This document shows positions 18,481-28,754 of a stretch of DNA of 46,651 bases, in pieces. This DNA is from Escherichia phage vB_EcoS-733R5, in sequence record ON470608.1. One strand, given 5' to 3'. The notes beneath the pieces were generated by a model. It ran no database searches, was not told where the DNA came from, and was given only the letters and a program-made list of their open reading frames with translations. The translations under genes were made by a program, and so were the position numbers. Each line of letters opens with the position of its first letter. The first letter of the stretch is position 1.

Positions 18481-18972
18481 TTACGCTGCGGCCTTCGGCA
18501 CCCATACGGAAGAGCCAGACCGCTGGATCGTGGCGGAGGTCGTCACAACAGCGTTACCCTGAAAATCAAACGGGAAATCGGAAACGTAACCCTGGAAAAT
18601 GAACCAGGTGCGGTCCGATGGCAGTACCAGGCCATCAACAGCATCCTCAGCGCCAGAAGCGGCGGCTGTCGGGACACTGGTTCCATCTGACCAGCCAACC
18701 GCAAAAGTTAACGGCGTCTGGTCATTCGCTTCAGCGAGGCCATGCAACATAATGTGGCTGGCGTTCGTCGGATCAGCGTTAAGCCCGACGGTTGCGGCCG
18801 CAGGCGTTTTAAGCCCCTTTTTGTAGGTTCTGGAATCCCGCTCACTCAGACAGGTATCTTCAATCTGATCGGCAGGGTTCCCGCCGGGGTTGAAACTGGT
18901 GATGCATTCAACCTCGCTGACCACGCCAGACTTGAGCACAAAAAACTGCGTGCCTTGCGTTAATACAGACAT
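18481..18972 (-). CDS. Major tail (tube) protein
   Basis: About 163 aa from MSVLTQ; ggaga SD; position upstream of the G/GT chaperones; flanked by hairpins, typical of highly expressed structural genes. Confidence 0.65.
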   Translation of the reverse strand: MSVLTQGTQFFVLKSGVVSEVECITSFNPGGNPADQIEDTCLSERDSRTYKKGLKTPAAATVGLNADPTNASHIMLHGLAEANDQTPLTFAVGWSDGTSVPTAAASGAEDAVDGLVLPSDRTWFIFQGYVSDFPFDFQGNAVVTTSATIQRSGSSVWVPKAAA

Positions 18973-19029
18973 GTTTTGTCTCCATAAAAGAAAAAACCCG
19001 CACAAGGCGGGTCAGTTTGGGGTTGTTGG

Positions 19030-19395
19030 TTATCTGGTCGTTATCCAGTCAACATCGAAGGAATAGCGGTATCGCATTGTTTCAGGATCGCGGCTTTGTT
19101 CACCCCATCGGGTGATATAGGCCTTGCCCTCAATTGAGTCGCGTAAAGCACGGGCAGCAGCGATCACGTCGGTGTCAGTATCGCCATAGACATCAACCTG
19201 CAGAGAATAGTGATCTGCATCTGGCCGCTGGTTTAGATAATTTTCAGGGTTGCCACCTATGTTTTGCCAGACTGCATAGGGGTAAACGATATTATCGTCC
19301 TGCATACCGAACGGATAAAGCCGCACGGGATTAGAACCTAACAAATCCCTGACTGCCTGGCTGGCTGCGCAAACTGCAAATATTGGAGAAATCAT
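19030..19395 (-). CDS. Tail terminator / tail completion protein (gpU/DUF3168-like)
   Basis: 121-aa ORF immediately upstream of the major tail gene. Confidence 0.5.
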   Translation of the reverse strand: MISPIFAVCAASQAVRDLLGSNPVRLYPFGMQDDNIVYPYAVWQNIGGNPENYLNQRPDADHYSLQVDVYGDTDTDVIAAARALRDSIEGKAYITRWGEQSRDPETMRYRYSFDVDWITTR

Positions 19396-19931
19396 ACCGG
19401 CGTTCCTTTTTTAGCCGCCCGTCGCACAGCGCGATCAATGGACTTTTCCAGCTCCAAAGCAAAAACGTTAATCACATCGGCATCGACCCCATTCAGTGCA
19501 GGCCTAATTATTGGCCTCGCTGCAGCATGTTCTGTGCCGAACTCCAGGAATCGCCAGTACCAGGTATCCCCGCCGGGATTACCTTTATCTCCGGCAGTGT
19601 TATAACTTTTACCCGCCCTGCCTTTTCGGACATTGGCCTTTGTATTGGCGTATTGCCTGGCTCCGCCCATCACCCCGACACGAAACGTCGGGTCGCCGGT
19701 TCTGCGAAACGCCTTGCTGCTGAAGCTGACCACAATGTTTTTGTAGATAGCCTCTTTGGTGAGAGGATCATCAACCCGCGCGGCATTATTGCGCGCTCTG
19801 TCCCTGATGACGTTTGCCGCTTTACGCAGCGCTGCACGACCGGATTTATCGCGAGTGACCTGTGAGACGGCATCCAGTTTCCCCAGGACGGAATCGAGGC
19901 CGGTCAGGTTTACTTCTACGCCATCAGCCAT
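19392..19931 (-). CDS. HK97 gp10-family head-tail joining protein
   Basis: 179-aa ORF in the neck module; overlapping start and stop with its neighbours. Confidence 0.55.
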   Translation of the reverse strand: MADGVEVNLTGLDSVLGKLDAVSQVTRDKSGRAALRKAANVIRDRARNNAARVDDPLTKEAIYKNIVVSFSSKAFRRTGDPTFRVGVMGGARQYANTKANVRKGRAGKSYNTAGDKGNPGGDTWYWRFLEFGTEHAAARPIIRPALNGVDADVINVFALELEKSIDRAVRRAAKKGTPV

Positions 19932-20256
19932 CGTTAGCCCCCTCTGAACAAGGCAGTGTCAGGTATTCCCTGCCGCTCCGTGGATCAGGTAAAACGCCCT
20001 CAATGTTGTAGATGCGGCCACGAAACAGGATCCGATGTTTGCGGGTAACACCCTCACGGTAACGAATCGTTATCCGGGTGGTAACTTCGCCCTGAGAGGC
20101 CTGGGCGGCGATAAACTCACGTGCGGATAAAGGAGCGACTTCGGCCCAAAGGGTTGCGACATCGCGCCAGGTATTAATTACGGCTCCCGTTGTCGGGTTC
20201 TGTTCTTTGACCGGTTCCTGCAGGGTGATCCTGTGACGCAATTTTCCGGCCTGCAT
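19924..20256 (-). CDS. Head-tail adaptor / head closure protein
   Basis: 110-aa ORF in the neck module between the connector and gp10-like genes. Confidence 0.55.
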   Translation of the reverse strand: MQAGKLRHRITLQEPVKEQNPTTGAVINTWRDVATLWAEVAPLSAREFIAAQASQGEVTTRITIRYREGVTRKHRILFRGRIYNIEGVLPDPRSGREYLTLPCSEGANDG

Positions 20257-20257
20257 A

Positions 20258-20455
20258 TCACCCCCTGGGTTTCCCGCTCAGATAGGTTTGCTGCTCTGGC
20301 GCCTCATCGAGATCGCCGGCAAGCGACTGGATAATTACATCGGACAGGGCGACGTTAGACTCAGCCAGGCGGTTTATCGCTTCCGTCTGCTCTCGCTGTG
20401 CTGCTGTTTGTTCTCTCAGCGCTGCTATCAGCGCATTTACCAGTTGCTCGTTCAT
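20258..20455 (-). CDS. Hypothetical small protein
   Basis: 65-aa ORF abutting the next gene; weak SD. Confidence 0.3.
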   Translation of the reverse strand: MNEQLVNALIAALREQTAAQREQTEAINRLAESNVALSDVIIQSLAGDLDEAPEQQTYLSGKPRG

Positions 20456-20524
20456 AGGCTATTTTCGTCCACTTTTTTAACCATTCACGCCGACGGAGAC
20501 ACCCTTCACAGGCCATAAATCACC

Positions 20525-20842
20525 TCAAAGTGGGATATATCGGTAGGGTTCAAGCAACGAAGTGAAGCCGAAGGGGATGCTCATTTTATTTACATCGGAA
20601 GCTTCTTCCCTGCTGTTGAACCAATGCCCAACAAGAAGCATCAGCGCCAGGAGGATATCGTCAGCAATTTTTAACCCGTCTGGATCGGTATCAGGCACAG
20701 AGTCTTCATGCAGTTTCCGATTAATGAAGTTCTCTGCGCGACGCCGAGCAGCTGTGAAATACAGCGTCAGCAGTTCATCTTCGGTTGCATCGTCAATATC
20801 GATCCGACACTGCGCCCGCAACATCTCAATCGTTGTGCTCAT
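20525..20842 (-). CDS. gp6-like head-tail connector protein
   Basis: 105-aa ORF directly after the major capsid gene. Confidence 0.6.
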   Translation of the reverse strand: MSTTIEMLRAQCRIDIDDATEDELLTLYFTAARRRAENFINRKLHEDSVPDTDPDGLKIADDILLALMLLVGHWFNSREEASDVNKMSIPFGFTSLLEPYRYIPL

Positions 20843-20919
20843 GTATTTTCCCTGGCCCGCAGCGAACTGCGGGCATAAAAAAACCGCCGGAGCGGTGGAG
20901 GTTGAAGCTGATTATTGCC

Positions 20920-22158
20920 TTAGCCGCCAGATGCCGGTTTACCCACCAGCGCCTTAATCGCGCCGGTATCTTCCAGTACGCAGTCGAAGCGGTGGAAGGC
21001 CAGGAAGCCAGTCTGATCGTACTCTGCGTAACGCTCAACCAGCCGTTTCAGCGTCATGTAAGTGACGCGACGAACGATAAAGCGGTTAAAATCGCCGAAG
21101 TAGGCAAATTTGGCACCAGCCGCGATATCAGGAATAGCTTGGTCAACGACATACGGCACCTGCAGAACAGTAGCAGGTGCGCCACCGATAATGTTCGGTA
21201 ACCAGAGCGGGCGGCCCTGTCCATCCTCCATTTCCTCCACCAGCTGCAACGTTGCATCGTTAAAGGCCCAGCGCACCTTTGGACCGTTACGGTATGCCGG
21301 GTCGACAGAGTGCTTCAGGGCGTTCAGCTCTTTCCAGGTAAAGGTGGTCGCTGCTGCGGTATTTTTGGTGCCAGTTACCGACGCAGCCAGCCCTTTAGGC
21401 TGCAGCGGGGTGCCGGTGCCGGTCCCTAATACCAGATACTTCGCTTCACCACGTCCGATGCGAGTGGCGATACGCGCGGCCAGGAACGCCTCGATATCTA
21501 CGCCGCTGTCCTGGAGCAGTTCATTGGATACGCGAATGATTTTAGAGGACAGTTTTTTAGCCCCCAGCGTTGCACCGCCGAAAGACACGTCTTCTTCACT
21601 GGTTTCAGTGTTTTCGCCCAGCAGTTCACCTTCTTCAGTGGTACCGTCAGAGGTTGCCCAGTCAATGTCCTGGCCGTTGGCGGTATTCAGAATTTGCGCC
21701 ACACTGGCAATTCCACCGTAATCTTTCAGTGCTTCGACGATCTTATTGCGGAACTGGGTTGGTACGGTGTAACCCCCTTTTTCATCCGGCGTCGTGCCCT
21801 GTGCACGCAGCTCCTTTAAAGCCTGGCGTTCTTCAGCGCTCATCTCGCCAAGACCACGGCGCAAAAACGCATTAAACGCCGCAGCACGGCGTTCGTTAGC
21901 CTGTGCTTCCGGGTTTGCTGGATCACGATTCTGCTGCTGGCGCTGTTCCGGCTCGTTTTCGTGGATATAGTCCTGATCCTGGCGGCGCAGTTCCTCTTCG
22001 CGTGCAATACGCTCATCAAGGGCGTCAAGCTCCGATTTTGCAGCGTTCCACTGAGTACGCTGCTCATCGGTCCAGGGTGTATCACCAATTTTGTCATGCA
22101 GGGCACGCATATCTTTGGCGATGATGTTACGTTTTTGCTTCATTTCATGCAGTTTCAT
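20920..22158 (-). CDS. Major capsid protein, HK97 family
   Basis: 412 aa with a charged coiled-coil N-terminal (delta/scaffold-like) region followed by the capsid domain; follows the prohead protease. Confidence 0.8.
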   Translation of the reverse strand: MKLHEMKQKRNIIAKDMRALHDKIGDTPWTDEQRTQWNAAKSELDALDERIAREEELRRQDQDYIHENEPEQRQQQNRDPANPEAQANERRAAAFNAFLRRGLGEMSAEERQALKELRAQGTTPDEKGGYTVPTQFRNKIVEALKDYGGIASVAQILNTANGQDIDWATSDGTTEEGELLGENTETSEEDVSFGGATLGAKKLSSKIIRVSNELLQDSGVDIEAFLAARIATRIGRGEAKYLVLGTGTGTPLQPKGLAASVTGTKNTAAATTFTWKELNALKHSVDPAYRNGPKVRWAFNDATLQLVEEMEDGQGRPLWLPNIIGGAPATVLQVPYVVDQAIPDIAAGAKFAYFGDFNRFIVRRVTYMTLKRLVERYAEYDQTGFLAFHRFDCVLEDTGAIKALVGKPASGG

Positions 22159-22167
22159 GATTTTTCC

Positions 22168-22767
22168 TTACGCGTTAAGAAGGGTCAGCAGGCGCTCACG
22201 CGCCATTCGTTGATTAATGGCGTTCTTTAGCGCACCGCTGTCGCGCGCCTCCTGCCAGGCTTTCATCGATCGGACGCCGGAGTCGGCCTCCTGATATGCG
22301 GGATAAGTCACCGGACTGACATCAAACAGCCGGGAAAACTTCGATATTTCACGAATAACGATCCCTTCATCGTCCTGGTACCAATTTTCACCGTCATGGG
22401 ATACCCGGAAGGCAAAAGATGACTGGTTAATGTCACCGCGCATCATCGGCGCCAGCACCAGATCGCGGATAGTTTGCGTATCCGGAGCTGTAATGTCGTA
22501 ACGCAGGCCGCGCTCATCGACAGACAGGGATAGCGTCCCGGCAGCGCTCCGTCCGAGAATAAAGTTGGGGTCATGGTTAAACAGCCCGCGAACATCATCA
22601 TTCAGCACATCGTCAAATGCTCCGGGCTTGATGATTTCACGGAATCCCCACAGGGGTTCAGAACGGCTGTTGAACACCGAGCCATAGCCCAGAATGCGGG
22701 TAGGTTCATCGGTGCGTTGCTCGGCTCTGACCTCCCCGCTGTAACAGCGCGTTTCACGGTCATTCAT
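22168..22767 (-). CDS. Prohead protease, HK97 family
   Basis: 199-aa ORF between portal and capsid; S78-type context. Confidence 0.75.
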   Translation of the reverse strand: MNDRETRCYSGEVRAEQRTDEPTRILGYGSVFNSRSEPLWGFREIIKPGAFDDVLNDDVRGLFNHDPNFILGRSAAGTLSLSVDERGLRYDITAPDTQTIRDLVLAPMMRGDINQSSFAFRVSHDGENWYQDDEGIVIREISKFSRLFDVSPVTYPAYQEADSGVRSMKAWQEARDSGALKNAINQRMARERLLTLLNA

Positions 22768-23986
22768 TGGGCTTTTCCTCGTCGGTTTTAGGTGCCTTAA
22801 AATCGTCTGCGGGGTTCGCGGCGTTAACGCTCACCAGCATTTCATCCAGGCCATCTACCGGATTCATGTCTTCGAAGGCTCGCGCTTCATTGCGGCTCAT
22901 CCAGCCATCAGTGATCGCAAAGTGGTAGAACTGAGCACGTTCCTGCGGGGTCCCGCGTAGCAGGCCTGTCAGGTTAAACCTGACGTAATATCCGGCGGCC
23001 AGTTCAGCACGGGTGAACAGACGGCGATTGAGTTCCTGTTCCCAGTTCGTTACCCACGGCATGATCGTGTAGCGGACAAACTGAATGGCCTGCTGCGTAA
23101 TATTTGAGAAAGTGGCTTTTTCGAGATCGTTAATCATGTGCGCCGGTACATTAAATATCCCGGCAATCATCGACCGATTCAGCTTCGACATATCAATGAT
23201 CTGGGCATCAACCGGGGAAACGGTGAGCGCTTTGTAATCCAGCTCTGCCGGGAGAAGCATTGTTTTATTCTCCTGGCTGCGCAAAGCAGCTGTAGCTTTT
23301 TGCCACATGCTTTTTAAACGCCCCCAGCTTTCTTCATTCAGCTGGCTTTTCACCGAAATAATGCCAGCGGGTCGCGCATTACCGTTGAAGAATGAACTGG
23401 TATAAGCCTGCCCACTCATCCCCATTCCTATCGTCTCGGCATGCTGCATAATTGGGCTAAGCCCCATTTTCTGGTTGTTACCCAGCGCCCGGATATGCAC
23501 CATATCGTCGGGATTGACGGCAAACGCCCCCTCTTCGTTGTAAACGCCATAGGTATACCGACCACCCGTGTTAAGCAGTGTCGTTTCCCAGGGCATGCAG
23601 CATTCCAGCCCGGAAACTTCACCACGACGGGAACGCTTCACCCAGGTGTAACCATTCCCCCAGCCCAAAATATGACGCTGTTTTAGCTCACGCCACTTAT
23701 AGCTGGTCTGCCACATATTCGGCTCATCGTGAACCAGGTAAAACACAGGGTGATCGCGGGCAGCTTCAACCTTGTTATTGGTTTTCCGCATAACATGCAG
23801 TGGCATCTGAGCGATATTCGAAGAGATAACGTAAATACAGGCATACACCGCAGCCAGCTTCATCGCCGTTTGCGGGCTGACAAATACGTCCTGGGCAAAC
23901 ACGTTATCTGTTTCTGCCGACTCACTCGTGATCGGCGTAGCCGGGTTTTCCAGTGGTTCACTGCGAAAAAGAGCATCAAGCAGCAT
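22760..23986 (-). CDS. Portal protein, HK97 family
   Basis: 408-aa ORF following the large terminase gene. Confidence 0.8.
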   Translation of the reverse strand: MLLDALFRSEPLENPATPITSESAETDNVFAQDVFVSPQTAMKLAAVYACIYVISSNIAQMPLHVMRKTNNKVEAARDHPVFYLVHDEPNMWQTSYKWRELKQRHILGWGNGYTWVKRSRRGEVSGLECCMPWETTLLNTGGRYTYGVYNEEGAFAVNPDDMVHIRALGNNQKMGLSPIMQHAETIGMGMSGQAYTSSFFNGNARPAGIISVKSQLNEESWGRLKSMWQKATAALRSQENKTMLLPAELDYKALTVSPVDAQIIDMSKLNRSMIAGIFNVPAHMINDLEKATFSNITQQAIQFVRYTIMPWVTNWEQELNRRLFTRAELAAGYYVRFNLTGLLRGTPQERAQFYHFAITDGWMSRNEARAFEDMNPVDGLDEMLVSVNAANPADDFKAPKTDEEKPNE

Positions 23987-24137
23987 TATTCCCCCTCATT
24001 GCCGCTAACAGCGCATAAATGAGTAGCAGGGTTCCCGACATCATCAGAGACATCGCCAGCCCGAACTGGAGATACACGCCAGCAGCAAGCGAACCGAACC
24101 CGGTAAGCCCGATAGCATCAGTGATTAAAGTTTTCAT
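23976..24137 (-). CDS. Small hydrophobic protein (not in the ORF track)
   Basis: 53 aa, MKTLITDAIGLTGFGSLAAGVYLQFGLAMSLMMSGTLLLIYALLAAMRGNNAA; start overlaps the TerL stop and end overlaps the portal start. Confidence 0.3.
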   Translation of the reverse strand: MKTLITDAIGLTGFGSLAAGVYLQFGLAMSLMMSGTLLLIYALLAAMRGNNAA

Positions 24138-25885
24138 AGAAGTAAAAGGTCTTCGTCAGGGTCGATAGTGGACAGGAAGTCAACTTCACCACCACCGTTA
24201 ACAAGCAGGCGACTCATCGCAATAAACATCGCGACAGGGCCGTCAATTTTGTTTTCTGGAGTGGCCTTGTTGGGGAAAATATTCTCGTTTTTGTCTGGTT
24301 TGACGGTGACGTTTGACATCATCCAGGTCATTACCGGATTACCGTCGTGATGAAAACGCCCGGCGTAAATCTTGGCCTCGACTTCCTTCATCGCTTCTGA
24401 CAGGTTTTTCACCGTCTGAGGGACTTCAACAATCGGTATTCCTTCAGCTGCTACCGACAAAGCAAACTGAGTGGCACTCCAGGGGTCGTACGCGAATTCA
24501 TTCAGTGATTCACCGCGTGCCCACTCGATCGTTTCCTCTTTAATCACGGCATGGTCAATAACATCCCCATCAGTAAATTCCAGATATCCCGCTTGATTCC
24601 ATTTACGGTAAAGTTCCGCCTGCTGTTTTGTGCAGGCTTCCAGCCGTCCCTCAGGTATCCAGAATCGGGAACGCGCGTAAACATCACCATTTGGGGCAAG
24701 CCATACTTTAACCGCGGCTGAAATATCAATTTTGTTGGAAAGATCAACGCCGAGCCACATTGACCAGCTGGCCGTAGTTGAGTCATCCCAGGTATCGCGG
24801 CATTTTTCCCAGCGCGCCATATCCATCCACGCTTTTTCACCCTGCACCCAGATATTGAGATGCTTGGTAAAAAATCCGACCCGCGCTGCCACCTGCTCTT
24901 TCGCCTTTTTAGCCAGGCGACGCATATCATCCCATCGCTTACAAACACCCAGACCGGGATTTGCTTTCGGCCAGTTTGCCTCGTCGAAAGGATCGTCACC
25001 CTCATCCAGGGTATAAATCAGTGCGAAATAGCTATCATCTTTCGGTGATAGAGGGTCCGGGTTGTCAAAATTTTTCAGCAACTTAATGGCATAATCACGC
25101 TGCTCGTAACAAATACCCTCTTTATTAAATCCCGCAGTAGTGATCGCGAAGATAAGAGACTGTAGTCGGGCGCCGGTTGCCGTTTCGAGAACTTCCCAGA
25201 CATCTCGGGTTTTATGCGCATGGAGCTCATCAACAATCCCGCAGTGAATATTCAGACCGTCGAGGTTGTTCGCATCACTGGCTACAGGTTCAAACTTAGA
25301 GCCTGTCCGCTCCTGGTGAATATTCAGCTTATTGCTGCCAAATAACCGCCCCAGAGTTTTCGGGGCCAGCTTAATCATGCGTTTGGCATCATCAAACACA
25401 ATGCGGGCCTGATCCCGGGTGGTTGCAGCGGAATAAACCTCAGCGCCGCCCTCACCATCAGCGCCAGCCATATAAAGGCCGATTCCAGATGAAAGCGTTG
25501 ATTTTGCATTCTTACGGGCTACTTCGTCATAAGCGGTACGAAACCGCCGTACAAACATGGGTTCGCCGTCGTCATCCAGAACTCCTTCACACGTAATTTC
25601 ATCTATCAGCGGGACGACAAACCCAAAAAGATTTATCAGGATAAAAACGTGCCAGTCCATCAGCTCGATCGGCTTGCCGGTCAAATGCCCCTTCACGTGG
25701 GGAACAAAGTTATAGAAATCGAGAACGTGCTGGGCGCGGCCTTCATCAAAATAAACACCGCGCGCCGGGCCGTGTTCTAAATCATGAAAGAACCGCTGGC
25801 ACGCAAGACGCACCAGCTCGCCAGCAACGATATCGCCAGATACCACGCGCTCGGCGTAGCGAAATCCATCTGCAACGGTTGCCAT
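24134..25885 (-). CDS. Terminase large subunit
   Basis: 583-aa ORF with an N-terminal ATPase region and C-terminal nuclease-type acidic residues; follows TerS. Confidence 0.85.
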   Translation of the reverse strand: MATVADGFRYAERVVSGDIVAGELVRLACQRFFHDLEHGPARGVYFDEGRAQHVLDFYNFVPHVKGHLTGKPIELMDWHVFILINLFGFVVPLIDEITCEGVLDDDGEPMFVRRFRTAYDEVARKNAKSTLSSGIGLYMAGADGEGGAEVYSAATTRDQARIVFDDAKRMIKLAPKTLGRLFGSNKLNIHQERTGSKFEPVASDANNLDGLNIHCGIVDELHAHKTRDVWEVLETATGARLQSLIFAITTAGFNKEGICYEQRDYAIKLLKNFDNPDPLSPKDDSYFALIYTLDEGDDPFDEANWPKANPGLGVCKRWDDMRRLAKKAKEQVAARVGFFTKHLNIWVQGEKAWMDMARWEKCRDTWDDSTTASWSMWLGVDLSNKIDISAAVKVWLAPNGDVYARSRFWIPEGRLEACTKQQAELYRKWNQAGYLEFTDGDVIDHAVIKEETIEWARGESLNEFAYDPWSATQFALSVAAEGIPIVEVPQTVKNLSEAMKEVEAKIYAGRFHHDGNPVMTWMMSNVTVKPDKNENIFPNKATPENKIDGPVAMFIAMSRLLVNGGGEVDFLSTIDPDEDLLLL

Positions 25886-25888
25886 TCA

Positions 25889-26386
25889 TCATTTGCGCTT
25901 TTTAAGAAATTCTTCCAGTGGGTCGGCTTCTGCCGGGACTTTTGCACCAACCTTTGATCGGCTGGCAGGTGTCATGCCGAATTCGCTCAGCATCGCTCTG
26001 ATCCGTTTCCACGCGTCAGCCTTCATGACTGCTGCAGGGTGCGGTTTTATCATTCTGATTTCCCGCTCCCCTCCTTCATCTGAATCATCTTCGCTGTAGA
26101 CGGCATAGGTGTAACCTTCACGTTCAAGCGTGTCGCAGTGATGCCGGTATTCAACATAGGCTTCGATCAACAACTCCAGCGCTTTAGCATCCAGCGTGGT
26201 CAACACGCCGACGGCATCAAGTTCCTCACCAATACGCTTGAACCAGTACTTACCCTGTTTATCGAAATGTTTCGGTATTGGGGGGACCCCTGACGGGGGT
26301 TTTGGCTCGTTCTTATTGATCGGGCGCTTGGATGGGTTCCCCTTCACTAAAGCCAGATGTGTCGGGGTTTTCGGTGGTCCTGGCAT
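25889..26386 (-). CDS. Terminase small subunit (P27 family-like)
   Basis: 165-aa ORF with aggag SD, immediately upstream of TerL and downstream of the HNH gene. Confidence 0.7.
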   Translation of the reverse strand: MPGPPKTPTHLALVKGNPSKRPINKNEPKPPSGVPPIPKHFDKQGKYWFKRIGEELDAVGVLTTLDAKALELLIEAYVEYRHHCDTLEREGYTYAVYSEDDSDEGGEREIRMIKPHPAAVMKADAWKRIRAMLSEFGMTPASRSKVGAKVPAEADPLEEFLKKRK

Positions 26387-26542
26387 AATCGAAAACTCCT
26401 ATTAATCATTGGATGGGGGACCCCAAAAAAAAGTTTTCTAACCTGCGGCGGTGTGAAAAAAGGTTGGGCGGCGGTCCTTTTGGCCTTTGCCGTCAGGGAT
26501 TTGACCCCGCCCCCTCTGCCACGGCTCAAATGAGAATCGATA

Positions 26543-26893
26543 TCACTTGATGCGTTCGCGCCCGGTTTTCGTTCGATGGCAGGGCCAACACAGGCTTTCG
26601 AGGTTCGAATCGTCATCGGTACCCCCATGAGCCTTGGCCTTGATGTGGTCAACCGTCTTTGCTGCGACAGCTCGCCCGCTGCGGAGGCAATTCTGGCACA
26701 AATGGTTGTCGCGTTTCAGGATGCGCGCACGCCTGATATCCCACTGGCTACCGTAGCCACGCTCGTGGCGATTCTTTCCCTGTTGATGCTGTTGCCAGCC
26801 TTCATTGCGGTGCTTCTCGCAGAAGCCTGAGCGGTCTGTGGTAGTTCCAGGGCATCCGCGCTTACGGCAGGCTCGGGGTATTAGCGAGGGCAT
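26543..26893 (-). CDS. HNH endonuclease (terminase-associated)
   Basis: Cys-rich ORF with CxxC...HxxxH (CQNCLRSG...DHIKAKAHGG...CWPCH); canonical position next to the terminase in cos-type HK97-like phages. Confidence 0.8.
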   Translation of the reverse strand: MPSLIPRACRKRGCPGTTTDRSGFCEKHRNEGWQQHQQGKNRHERGYGSQWDIRRARILKRDNHLCQNCLRSGRAVAAKTVDHIKAKAHGGTDDDSNLESLCWPCHRTKTGRERIK

Positions 26894-27114
26894 CGCTCTA
26901 TCCTTACCTGACCTAACAGCGTCTGCCGCTTAACCTCACCGTTCTCGGCAGTGAGATAACCCCGGCTATCAAGCACGGCGGCAATCACCTCGCCTTTATC
27001 ATCGTCAGCAGAAAAAACGTGCTTTACCTCTACGCTATTGAGATAAACCGTAATACGTTCGTGACCGGGTTCGATACGTTCACCCGGATCGTCGTCGAGG
27101 ACTGTCAGGCGCAT
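26881..27114 (-). CDS. Hypothetical phage protein
   Basis: 77-aa ORF with a strong ggagg SD. Confidence 0.45.
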   Translation of the reverse strand: MRLTVLDDDPGERIEPGHERITVYLNSVEVKHVFSADDDKGEVIAAVLDSRGYLTAENGEVKRQTLLGQVRIERCPR

Positions 27115-27168
27115 ATTACCTCCATAAAAAAAACCCCGCCGTAGCGAGGTTTTAAAGAAACTTAACAG

Positions 27169-27366
27169 CTATTTTTTTTCAAGAACAGCCTGTATTGCAT
27201 CTACTGTATCAGCTAATTTGCTTTGAATATGGTTAAGGGAGTTTTGTACTCCGGTATTTACGGCGCCAGAGTTTACAATCTCCAATACAGCAGCGACAAC
27301 AATTTCTCTTTTAATTTCTTCTTTTTGAGCTAAGCCATTTACATCATAGAAATAATTTTTAATCAC
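27169..27366 (-). CDS. Hypothetical small protein (GTG start)
   Basis: aaggagg SD 5 nt upstream of the GTG; about 66 aa. Confidence 0.4.
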   Translation of the reverse strand: MIKNYFYDVNGLAQKEEIKREIVVAAVLEIVNSGAVNTGVQNSLNHIQSKLADTVDAIQAVLEKK

Positions 27367-27463
27367 GATGACCTCCTTTTTTAATGGAGTTATCAGCATA
27401 TTGGTAACGCCAACAAAAATGAAGCATTATCACAGGCACTCAATGAATGCCTGCTGTAATGCC

Positions 27464-27709
27464 TTAGCTCGCCTGCTCTGCACCGGTATCAAACAGCGCA
27501 AGCGCTTCGGTCGCTTCCTGAATCGCTTTACGGGTCTTCGAGACAATCTCGCTTTCCGTGAAAACACGATCAAATGAGTCTGCGAAAAGCTCAGACTTCA
27601 GATAGCTGTCGCCTACCCAGTCAATGGCCAGCTTGGCCGCTGCGGTGTCGTAGTTAACTTTCTTGATGATATCCAGGCGGATTTGCTCGGATGCGGTGAT
27701 CTCTGACAT
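27464..27709 (-). CDS. Hypothetical phage protein
   Basis: 81-aa ORF; agaggtaag SD. Confidence 0.45.
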   Translation of the reverse strand: MSEITASEQIRLDIIKKVNYDTAAAKLAIDWVGDSYLKSELFADSFDRVFTESEIVSKTRKAIQEATEALALFDTGAEQAS

Positions 27710-28043
27710 GTCTTACCTCTGTGCGATGTGGGGAGCATTATCGAAGCCACTCGGCGAATGGCTCCTGTAATGCTTTGCCACTTCCCGGAGTGGCCACGCT
27801 TATGCCCTTGAGTCGCTGTCGCATCATCGCCGCTTATAACCGGTGCGCGTCTGGCACTCGCGCTGCTTTACCGGAGCTTCTTTTGATATAAGAACCTTGA
27901 CCCGTCGCTACACAGGCTCGCTCAATGGCGACTCAGGGGAGCATCACGACTGCTCCATTGCCTTTCAGCTGCGGTCTATCCGCTTATTGCTTCATTGGTT
28001 TATCCTCGACTGGGGATAGTTGGTGATTTATCCCTTGGTGGGG

Positions 28044-28337
28044 TTAACAGTCAGCATCTGGCCGGGCAACTGCGCGGCATGCCCACATACAGGCTTCCTG
28101 CATTTTGGTGCGCGCGAGTGCCTGGCAGCGCATAGCTTCATCAATCTCCCGTGCCTGCTCAGCGCTTAACATTGCCGGTCCATTGCGGACAGCCAACAAT
28201 TCACCTCGCTCTGTATCGAGCAGACTGCAAAAATGCCGGCTGACACCTTTGAGGCGGTTCATCCGCTCAATGTCGCCATCGGTTAATGTGCGGTAGCCTT
28301 TTACAGTGCTGCCATCCTGCGGTTTTGCTTCACTCAT
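28044..28337 (-). CDS. Hypothetical phage protein
   Basis: About 97 aa from the ATG at 28337; Cys-containing C-terminus. Confidence 0.4.
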   Translation of the reverse strand: MSEAKPQDGSTVKGYRTLTDGDIERMNRLKGVSRHFCSLLDTERGELLAVRNGPAMLSAEQAREIDEAMRCQALARTKMQEACMWACRAVARPDADC

Positions 28338-28567
28338 TTCGTAGCCTTTTCGGTTGATTGTGGGCAATTGGCCAGCACAGATTTGTTGTGTGCCAGAATG
28401 TCTCGCTTGGTCTGACGGTCCATCACGTCAATATCGTGGTCGGTCAGGTAGATGACCCTCACCCAGCTGCAGGCCGTATCAACGACTACCGGGGCGGGTA
28501 AATCTTTCGCGCAGCTCGCGATCAACATAGTCATCACCCATACGCTTAACGTCTTCCTGTACATCAC
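28334..28567 (-). CDS. o-spanin (outer-membrane lipoprotein, Rz1-like)
   Basis: MYRKTLSVWVMTMLIASC lipoprotein signal with lipobox IASC; the ORF overlaps the 3' end of the i-spanin gene in a different frame. Confidence 0.55.
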   Translation of the reverse strand: MMYRKTLSVWVMTMLIASCAKDLPAPVVVDTACSWVRVIYLTDHDIDVMDRQTKRDILAHNKSVLANCPQSTEKATK

Positions 28568-28754
28568 TGGCCCCTTTCGTGACTTCAGCACGGCGTTCTG
28601 CCGCGGCGACAGTAGCAGCGGCGTTTTCTTCGGTACGCTGCTGTTCGGCTTTAGCTTCCGCCTTACTTGTTCCGCGAGCATGACCGATGCCAAACGCGCC
28701 AGCGATAGCGCCCAGGATGACGACCACCAGCCCAGCAATAATTTCGAAGCTCAT
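28479..28754 (-). CDS. i-spanin (Rz-like)
   Basis: N-terminal transmembrane helix followed by a charged Ala/Glu/Lys-rich helical region; overlapped by the lipoprotein ORF. Confidence 0.55.
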   Translation of the reverse strand: MSFEIIAGLVVVILGAIAGAFGIGHARGTSKAEAKAEQQRTEENAAATVAAAERRAEVTKGASDVQEDVKRMGDDYVDRELRERFTRPGSR

